Assembly (NCBI GenBank): GCA_030704615.1
Contig: CM060734.1
Span: 37,634,001 to 37,698,000, forward strand
Direction of reading: 5' to 3'
Length of the DNA stretch: 64,000 nucleotides
Origin: Takakia lepidozioides
Taxonomy: Eukaryota > Plantae > Bryophyta
The notes below the pieces were generated by a model. The model worked only from the letters and a program-made list of their open reading frames with translations. It was not told the origin of the DNA and searched no databases. Below, one piece after another: positions 55,180-64,000 of this stretch (positions are counted from its first letter, which is position 1; every line of letters starts with the position of its first letter). Position numbers and translations under genes: made by a program.

Positions 55180-56760
55180 CGACGTATACGGCGGTTCCTG
55201 AGGGCTTACAGGAATTGCTTTGCCTTCAGTGATTTGGGAGCACTGAATGGTCAGGAAATTCGTATTGAGTTAGTTACGGACACGCCAATCTTTCGGAGAC
55301 CCTATAGATACAGTGACATGTGTCACGGACATAGCCCGGAGGAACTTACCAAGAGTAAATACCAGAAGTTACCAAGTTCCCATGTTACCAAAAGTTACCA
55401 TGATTTACCGTGATTTACTATACTCTAACATGATTTACCATTACTTACCAAATTACCGGGAGTTTACCAAATTACCAAGAGTAACTTGGGAAACTGCCCA
55501 GATAGCTTCATTTTGAGGAAACTTCTCCATCAAGATACCTCCTTTGTTTAAGGAAGCTTCTCCATCAAGAAACCTTTGTTTAATGTTGGAATCTTCTTCA
55601 GCAAGAATCCTCTATAGGGGAAGCTTCTTAGGGAAGCTTCTTAGTAGCCAGTATATATAGGAGGCGAGATTGGACACTCTTTAGTCTCGCCAACACTAGA
55701 TCAAGCTACTCTTGTTTCCAGTTCACAGTAATCCAGTCCAGTTCCCAGTACTCTAGCCAGTTTCCAGTATCTGGTACTCCAGTCCAGTTTAGCACTTTGG
55801 ACTTGTGGTCCGGATATCACCAGTTGCCGATCAAGGAGGCGGACAAGCAGAAGACAACATTCTGGGGGATCAATGAGCACGGGAAAGATTGTCTATATCA
55901 GTGGCGGTTCTTACCATTCGGGCTTAAGAACGCTCCTGCAGAGTTCCAGAGAGTCATGGACAGGATTCTAGCAGAGGTGGACTTTGCTCGGTGCTACATA
56001 GATGACATCATCATCTTTAGTGCTACAGTGGAGGAGCACGAGAGACACCTTCATCTGGGGAAGTGCAAATTCTTCCACACCCAGATTGAGTATTTGGGCC
56101 ACATGATATATCCTGGAGGATTGGGGGTGCAGCAGACTAAGGTAGAGGCCATCGCACAGATTCCACGCCCTACGGATGTGAGCCGAGTTTGAGCTTTCAT
56201 GGGATTGACAAACTACTATAGACGGTTTGTCAATGGATTTAGTGTTATTGCAAAGGCTATAACCAAGTTGACCAAGGTAGACCAGGAGTGGCAGTAGGAA
56301 GATGAGCAAGAGCGAGCTTTTCATGAGCTCAAGGCGAGGTTGACCTCGGCGCCCATCTTAAGACGACCTATTAGGGGGCGTATTTTTCAGCTGCATACAG
56401 ATTGGAGCATGGTGGGGCTTGGAGCGGTGCTCACACAGGTGGATGATGAGGGAAGAGAGTTCGTAGTGCTAGCTTATGTTAGCCGCTCGAACAATGCTGC
56501 AGAGTCTAAGTATAGCTCATATGAGTGGGAGTGCTTAGCTACAGTGTGGGCCATGGCACACTTCAGGTGTTATCTATACGACAATCTCTTCACTCTTGTC
56601 ACGGATCACCAGCCACTGAAGTGGTTGATGGAGTCAGACAAGCTTACGGGGAAGCTTGCACAGTGGGCACTTATACTCCAAGAGTATGACTTTCAGGTTG
56701 TGCATCGACCGGGTTTGGTCAATAGGGATGTGGATGGATTGAGTTGCAATCCATGCATGA
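55180..56760 (+). pseudogene. Reverse transcriptase and RNase H (degenerate, interrupted)
   Basis: RRPYRYS; LDLWSGYHQL; LPFGLKNAPAEFQRVMD; YIDD (55995-56006); YLGH; RNase H LHTDWSMVGLGAVL, VTDHQPLKWL. Confidence 0.93.
55321..55795 (+). mobile_element. Truncated LTR of the same family as 51862-52530, inserted in RT
   Basis: Starts TGTCACGGACATAGCCC, a near reverse complement of the 52512-52528 end; shared AGTAGCCAGTATATATAGG and CCAGT repeats. Confidence 0.85.
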
Positions 56761-56839
56761 GCCAGCAGGATGACACTGGAGCTCGGTGGCATGGTGAGAC
56801 GGACGAGGAGATGGTGCCGGGATGACATGCATCTGCCTT

Positions 56840-57255
56840 GGCATCACCGTGGCTGAAGTATACTCTCTACCAGAGAGCTCCACCAAACTAGCCTCCCAGA
56901 GATCTTGAGTCCTCATCTGAATCAAAGACCTCTCCATGTTATCAAGGACGAGAACATGACTAAACACAAACAAGAGATCAGACTAGAGGTACAAGACTAA
57001 ACAAGAAGTCAAGGTCGACGTGGCCGTATGCACGATGAGTAAATAAGAATCAAGACTATCTTTATAACAATGAACAAGAGTACAAGATATTGGAACACGA
57101 TTTGAATACTGAAATGGACCTTGGCATGCCCAATGACATCAAAGATCTCCTCCGGTGTGGGCATGGCATACTTATCGGACTTGGCATGGATTTACTGGCC
57201 GGTAATCACCGCACATACGTCTCTCCGTCCAATTGCCATAGACATCCTTCTTTAT
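56840..57255. mobile_element. Insertion between RNase H and integrase containing a third fragment of the nested LTR family (56939-57120)
   Basis: TCAAGGACGAGAACATGACT..ACAAACAAGAGATCAGACTAGAGGTACAAGACTA nearly identical to 51864-51920. Confidence 0.75.
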
Positions 57256-57479
57256 ATCTTGGCATCAGGAGGTCAGATTGGATCTACAACAGGGATGACT
57301 GTAGACGGAGTGTCTGAGGACCCTGAGGCTAGTGATGAGCCAGGTGATGCCAGAGATATACATGAGGATTCGGTTGTGTTGGATTACCTCTGCATTGGAG
57401 ACACGGCAGCTAGTGTAATTGCCAAGGAGAGGGATCGGATCCTACAACGAGCCAAGAGGTTCAAGTGGGATGGGATACA

Positions 57480-58600
57480 CCTGCTTCGAGTGTGGGAGGA
57501 TGGTCGGGTGAGGATTGTGCCTCACCCAACACAGCGTGCACGGTTAGTGCGGTATGCCCATGAGGAGTTGGGGCATTTTGGAGTGCGACGCACTCATAGT
57601 TTGCTGCATGGGCAGTATTGGTGGCGCGGTATGCACACAGAGATGCAACAGTTTGTGGCTAGGTGCATGATGTGTGACAGGTGCGTGCTTCATTCAACGC
57701 CCCTACACCACAATTGCGTCATTTACCCATCATGGGATTGGGCTACAGGTGGAGTCTTGACTTCGCAGGGTCTTTGCCACTGACAATGCGTCACCACATA
57801 TATATGTTGGTGATGGTGGAGCACTTCTCCAAGTGGATTGAGTTGGTTCCATTGCATGACAAGACTAGTGAGAGGGCTACGTATACATTCTTGGATCGTG
57901 TGCTTAGCCGATTCGGTGCTCCAGGTGAGGTACTCACAGACCTTGAGGGAGAGAGTTCTTGGGGGAGTTTCAGGCTTTGTATGATAAAGCCTTGATAAAC
58001 CACTGTACCACTTCTCGGGATCATCCTGAGGCCGATGGCTTGGTAGAGAGAGTGGTACAGACGGTGAAGATGGGTTTGCGCAAGTATGGCTTGCAAAAAA
58101 GACACCTAGGAGATTGGGATCTTTAGGTACCTTGGTTAGTCATGGGCTACAGGTTTAGTAAACAAACATCACTTGCCTCCTTCTCACCATATTTCCTTCT
58201 CTTTGGCCGAGAGCCAGATTTGCTTGCGTCTATTCGCAGGGAAGCTGCAGTGGTCCTCAACCTTGATGATCTGGATGTGTGGACACAAGCATGTGCCCAA
58301 CGGGCGGAGTTGTTCAAGAGGGTCATGCCTATGGCTTTTGAGAACCTTGCTATTGCCCAACACCGAGACACATTGAGATATGTCACTATACGTGGAGGGG
58401 GATATCGGCCAGGTGTTCGGTGTTTCCACCCTGGGGACTATGTGTATCTGCACCAGACAGCGCCTACGACCTTGGATATCACAACAGGACGTGTGATTCT
58501 AAGGGTCAGGGAGGTGTTGCCTTGTGTTGATTCTGGAGGGTCCAGATGGCATGGTATGGAAGGACCATGTACGCAATTGTGCGCCATGTCACTTTCCACA
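57480..58600 (+). pseudogene. Integrase (degenerate)
   Basis: HHCC finger HEELGHFG...CMMC; core WSLDF, VEHFSKWIE, VLTD, GLVER; SPYFLLFGRE. Confidence 0.92.
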
Positions 58601-58652
58601 TGTGCATGAGATGATAGATCTCAACCTTGCAGTGGTGCCTGCGGGGTTGCGT

Positions 58653-58787
58653 TGCATGCTATGTGGGCATGCTCGTGGTGCCGCCACTATGTTGGTGTGT
58701 GATCGATGCTCAAGAGGTTGGCACATGAGATGCTTGACACCACCTCTTGAGAGGGTTCTTGATGGAGATTGATCATGTCCACACTGC
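58653..58787 (+). pseudogene. PHD finger at the integrase C-terminus
   Basis: C4HC3 pattern CMLC...MLVCDRCSRGWHMRCLTPPL...GD*SCPHC (conserved W mutated to TGA). Confidence 0.88.
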
Positions 58788-59052
58788 TTGGGATAGTGGC
58801 AGTGGATATGACTAGTGGCAGCTAACAAGACATGGGAAGCCAAGCTCATAGGAGTCAATACCCAAGATCTTAGGCTCAAGTTCACAGGTTGCAAGACGAC
58901 GACTAACAATGGGGAAACTCTTGTACCCGACCTCTTGATTTATCGAGTTTGAGTGTAGTAGGGACAGTGGTGGATGACTTAGTGAGGCTATGGTCACTAT
59001 CACATCTTGTGGCTACCTGGACTTAGAGGGACCTAAGCGCCAGCTAGGGGGG

Positions 59053-59552
59053 NNNNNNNNNNNNNNNNNNNNNNNNNNNNNNNNNNNNNNNNNNNNNNNN
59101 NNNNNNNNNNNNNNNNNNNNNNNNNNNNNNNNNNNNNNNNNNNNNNNNNNNNNNNNNNNNNNNNNNNNNNNNNNNNNNNNNNNNNNNNNNNNNNNNNNNN
59201 NNNNNNNNNNNNNNNNNNNNNNNNNNNNNNNNNNNNNNNNNNNNNNNNNNNNNNNNNNNNNNNNNNNNNNNNNNNNNNNNNNNNNNNNNNNNNNNNNNNN
59301 NNNNNNNNNNNNNNNNNNNNNNNNNNNNNNNNNNNNNNNNNNNNNNNNNNNNNNNNNNNNNNNNNNNNNNNNNNNNNNNNNNNNNNNNNNNNNNNNNNNN
59401 NNNNNNNNNNNNNNNNNNNNNNNNNNNNNNNNNNNNNNNNNNNNNNNNNNNNNNNNNNNNNNNNNNNNNNNNNNNNNNNNNNNNNNNNNNNNNNNNNNNN
59501 NNNNNNNNNNNNNNNNNNNNNNNNNNNNNNNNNNNNNNNNNNNNNNNNNNNN
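59053..59552. other. Assembly gap
   Basis: Run of N. Confidence 1.
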
Positions 59553-61135
59553 GATCTATGCAGTGAAGAAATTTCAGTGCATTACCATTATGTGGGAAGA
59601 AAGTTATTGTTTAATGTGGATCACCAGGCTCTGATATATCTGGTGAACAAACCTTTGATAAGTGGAAGGATAGCGAGGTGGTTAATAATCTTGCATGAGT
59701 TTGAGTTTGAGGTTATTTACAAGCCTGGCCGTTTGCATCTTGTGGCAGATCATTTGTCACGACTAACAACAGGAGAGGCCGCCACAGGAGTGGACGATCA
59801 GTTACCTGATGCGAGTTTATTTGTAATGGAGATGCAAGGAAGTGCAGATGAATGGTTAGATTGGCAGTGGCAATCAGATACTACCTTGCTCATGGTCAGT
59901 GCCCACCTAGTTATGGTAAGGAGCAGAGGAAGAGAATTGCTATCAGAGCTTACCTTATACTATGGTAGGAAGCAGAATGTATATTGAGGACCTGATGGAG
60001 TACTAAAACGATGCTTGTACCACCATGAAGTAAATAAAGTCTTGGAGGAAGTTCATAAAGGAGTGGCTGGAGGTCATTTTGGAGAAGAGACTACCAGTAG
60101 AAAGATACTACTCGCAGGATACTGGTGGCCTACTTTGTTCAAAGATGTACATGAGTATTGTCAGAAGTGTGATGAATGTCAGAGGCTAGGACCTTTGCAG
60201 AGATCTGGAAGAATGGCCTTGCATCCTACAATGCCTACGGAACCATTTCAGAAATGGGGACTAGACTTTGTTGGACCAATTAATCCACCATCCAAGAATA
60301 CACAAAACAGGTACATAATTACAGCCACTGATTATACTACAAAGTGGGTGGAAGCTAAAGCTTTGAGGGACAACACAGCCAAGTCCACAGCAAGGTTCCT
60401 GTACGAGAACATACTTACACGATTTGGATGTCCCTTAGAATTTATCAGTGATCAAGGAAGTCACTTCATGAATGAGACCATTGAGTTATTGACTAAAGAG
60501 TTTATGATTGTGCATAGAAAGAGTACAACATATTACCCACAGGGTAATGGACAGGCAGAGGCTACCAACAAAATACTATGTACTATCTTGGCTAAGATAG
60601 TCAATGCAAACAGAACGGATTGGGATACAAAGCTGCTGACAGCTTTATGGTCATACAGGACTTGTATATAAGTCACCACAAAGTATACACCATTCCAATT
60701 AGTTTATGGTATGGAAGCCTTACTTCCAGTGGAATTCCTGTTACCTACCATGAGAACGGAGTGGGAAAAAGAATGGAATTGCAAGACTCCATCAAGGTCA
60801 GGAAACATGAATTATACCATGTGGAAGAAGTACGTGCTGATGCAGCGGATAATATGACCAGAATTCAGATGAAGCGAAAGGAACAGTTTGATGAAGGCAA
60901 ATTAAAGACTTTTAAGACGGGGGATTTGGTTCTATGGTTGCAGAAGAAAGGAAAGATTCAAGCTTCTAAGCTTAAATCACCATGGAAAGGACCTTATGTC
61001 ATACAAAAGATGTATGATAACAACACAGCTATGTTACAAACCATTAACAAAGAAATGCTGGGAAGAGTCAATGCAAATAAGTTGAAGGGGTACAGTGGTA
61101 TCCATGACAAACCCCTGCAGCATGATTTGCATTGA
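59553..61135 (+). mobile_element. Second Ty3/Gypsy element: RNase H end, integrase, GPY/F region (frameshifted)
   Basis: VDHQALIYL..RIARW; VADHLSRL; HKGVAGGHFG..CDECQ; WGLDFVGP; ISDQGSHF; YYPQGNGQAE; WKGPYVI. Confidence 0.92.
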
Positions 61136-61232
61136 ACCCGCAAGAGCAGTCACGGGCTGCACCAGTGTTACGAACTGAGTATGGAACACTTGTCGCTAGG
61201 CCAGTATATATGACCGGGGTGGGCAAAACAAA

Positions 61233-61585
61233 CGTGACACAGCCTATCACAGCCCATCACGGCGTGATACAGCCTATCACACCCATCACGGCGTGATACA
61301 GCCTATCACAGCCCATCACGGCATGACACAGCCTATCACAGCAGCAAGGCGCAACACGCCATCACAGCCCAGCACGGCGTGACACAGCCTATCACAGCCC
61401 ATGCACGGCGTGACACAGCCTATCACAGCCAGCAAGGCGCAACACAGCCATCACAGTCCGGCATCGGCGTGACACAGCCTATCACAGCCCGTCACGAAGC
61501 AAGCTATCACACACCACATGTGCAACACAGCCTATCACAGCGTAAACAGTATGACACAGCCTGTCACAGCTCAACACAGCCTACT
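61233..61585 (+). repeat. Tandem array, ~27-31-bp unit, about 13 copies, core GTGA(C/T)ACAGCCTATCACAGC
   Basis: Directly visible periodic repeats that decay toward the 3' end. Confidence 0.92.
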
Positions 61586-62099
61586 AAAGTTACACGATCC
61601 ATTAGAATCAGTGACAAGTGGACACATAAAAACTTCAGGAAAATGGCTGAATAAAGAAGAAACGGAAATTAATTTAAAAATAGACACGTGGAGATCAGGG
61701 TGCGACACACAGCAGAGAATGAAGTGCAAGGACAGGTGTCAAAAGAAAGAGGACTGAACGCCGTCAAAAGGGATGAAAGGCGGGCCCATTAATGAATACG
61801 GAAAAAGGGAAACAGAACGAACGGCAAGTACAGAAAAACTGAATTCATGTCGCATGTGTGATCCTAGTGGACTATCCAACAGGGAAAGTCCACTAAAGAA
61901 GATAAAAAGTTAAAATCCAGTCACAGCGATACAGCCAATAGAAAACCAGAGAAATGATCAAGAAAATGGAGGGAAATTAAGCGCAAGAGGCGGCGTCGTT
62001 CTGAGTAACGGGCGTCTCGACAGGACAGGCCATAAATGCTATAACTTGGAAACTATGAAGGAACCTAACAGACTATACGCTCGCAATATTACTTACGCA

Positions 62100-63974
62100 A
62101 TGGCGGAGACACGAAACGAAAGAGCAGAGCTTTTTCTCTGAACAATGCTTGCAAGCCCCGCAGGCTTACAAGAGATTACCCATAGCTTTCTGCGGCAACC
62201 ATACGTTTCTGCTTTGTGCACTACAGGCATTCCTGCAGTTGTTACAGCCAAAGCAGTTCTGTGAGTCTAAGATGAAGAGAGTGAGAGGAATGGAGGAAAT
62301 CAGGGTGAAGAGCACCACAATTCTGCAGAAAACAAACGATGGCTACCCCACAGGCGATAAAGATACTGAAGGAGCTGAGATTGGAAGGATTGCAAAGCAT
62401 GGATTGACACTACACCATAGACAGTACATGTTACAATTTTGCAGAACTTTGAGCCAAAGACAGGAACAACAACGGTGAAGGGAGTTGAATTAATGATTAC
62501 TCCCCTATACCTCCAGCAATTGTTCGATTGCCAGAAGGTCATGTGTATGTGGAGGAACACAGAGAAAGACTGCAAATAGGGGATTTATTCCAAGAAGGGA
62601 GTTTCTTTAAAACTCAGGGTATGCTTGTACCAAAGCTGTGTACCCAGGGTTAAAAGACATAGGCCAAGTATTGAACGTTCTGATTGCCCTGAAACAGAAC
62701 CAACAATATTTGAGCAGATCCTTCACAGAGGAAATCCTCAAAGGCTTGAAGGGACAAGAGGTACAATGGGCGGACATAATGTACAACGCACTGGTAGAGG
62801 AGATGAAAAGATTACAAGGTACTACCGCAAAATCTCCTATCATAGTGTCTGGCCCAATCATTGCTCAAATAATCCTTAGTTCTGGCATACTTAATGCACA
62901 AGAAAGGAAGGAAATGGGAGTGTTTGAGCCAGAAACAACTGCAATGGAAGAGCAAGGCTCTTCACACAGTGAGGGTGGACTAGCAGCACAACCCGAGACT
63001 AAGAGGCAGAGAAGGGGAAAGACTGTAGTGGCGGATCCACTGGCTTCACGGATTCCGCATGATAATGTTTCCCAAGCTCATGACCAGGAGGGGCACAGCA
63101 GCACAAAAGAATGTTATTACTGGAAGCAGGACCTTCAGAGAGGGAGGAAGAAGTTACTTCTGCATCACAACCAACACAGCCACTTGAACGACTTGTCACA
63201 AGGTCACAAGTTATCCATGCAGCTCAACCCGAAATAAAGATTTGGAAAGTGAAGGGATAGATATTCCAACTACAGAACAGATAGTGGCGAAATAGAGAAA
63301 GGGGACCTTCTCTATGAATATTCTGGTCTGGTCAAGCAGACAGAAATCCCAGAGGTGCAACAGTTGCCCAAGAAAAATCCTGAGGTACATATAATGCACA
63401 CACCTGTGTCGGAGGTACCACAGGCGGAAGGCCATGACACTGTAGCACCGTCATAATGAAGTTAGTTCAGGAAGAAATCCGGTGGGACAATGGTCTGAAT
63501 GGTTAGTGAGACATCATACTGTTGAAGATCGGGAGGAACAGCAGCAACCTCACCATGATGACCCTCAACAGGCAATGCTGATGAGTTCCATAGGCAGGAC
63601 ACTTAATTTGTTGGGGACTTATGTCAAAACCCATGTTCCAATTACCCAATTGACAGCCTTGAAAGAAGAACTCAGGAAGGAGTTTGAGGCTCGACTTGCC
63701 ACTGAGTGTTCAAACAAGGTCGAATGAAGAGGTCACTCTCAAGATGAAGCAGGACTTGGCCAATACAGAAATGGCTTTGCAATTGGCCAAGCAACAATTG
63801 ATTGAGGCAGGCCTTGCGCAAGACCAGTTGCACGAAGCACATAAGCAACAGCTATACCAAATGCAGGTGCAGCATGAAAGCAAGTTGCAAGAACTGAATG
63901 CACTACATACGGAGTTGCAGACAGTGCATAACAGGATGGAGATACAATGCGCTACATTTACAACTATGGCTTGA
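62100..63974 (+). pseudogene. Degenerate extra ORF downstream of pol (plant-transposon-protein-like N-half, coiled-coil C-half)
   Basis: Chained ORF fragments TVKGVELMITP.., VQWADIMYNALVEEMKRL..GPIIAQII, and a Q/E/L-rich heptad region 63600-63974. Confidence 0.55.
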
Positions 63975-64000
63975 CCAATCAACAAAAGAAATAAACAGTC

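Larger units (their letters stand above)
50042..59052 (+). mobile_element. Degenerate Ty3/Gypsy LTR retrotransposon internal region, gag-PR-DNMT-RT-RH-INT-PHD; 5' LTR probably within 47.8-50.0 kb, 3' LTR probably in the gap
   Basis: Domain order PR-RT-RH-INT; purine tract AGGGGGG just before the gap. Confidence 0.9.

Noticed and set aside
61233-61585. CRISPR-like repeat-spacer array
   Set aside because: Intervening segments are short (~10 nt) and related to each other, there are no cas genes, and the context is a eukaryotic retroelement; it is an ordinary tandem repeat

Overview
Eukaryotic (land-plant, probably bryophyte-grade; inferred from gene and TE content) genomic window with spliceosomal introns and two ~500-nt N gaps (43505-44003, 59053-59552). 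The left ~39 kb holds intron-containing host genes: ureG, glutamate-1-semialdehyde aminotransferase, a VASt-domain tail-anchored protein, a mitochondrial carrier, a monoacylglycerol-lipase/CSE-like hydrolase and a divergent LRB/POB1-like BTB-BACK gene. These are interspersed with non-autonomous DNA transposons (hAT, PIF/Tourist, CACTA, a possible piggyBac-like element) and a scrambled pair of intron-containing Crypton-like (DUF3504/tyrosine recombinase) relics at 27-31 kb. The right ~16 kb is nested, degenerate Ty3/Gypsy LTR retrotransposon DNA. The standout is a Gypsy element whose pol region reads protease - DNMT3-like C5 cytosine methyltransferase (motifs I, II, IV, VI, VIII, IX and X all readable) - RT - RNase H - integrase - PHD finger, i.e. 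a retrotransposon carrying both a DNA methylation writer and a putative histone reader. This copy is inactivated (stops, frameshifts, catalytic Cys to Tyr, nested LTR insertions). A second Gypsy element after the gap has a hairpin-forming tandem array followed by an extra 3' ORF. All calls were made by eye from motifs; no database search was run.
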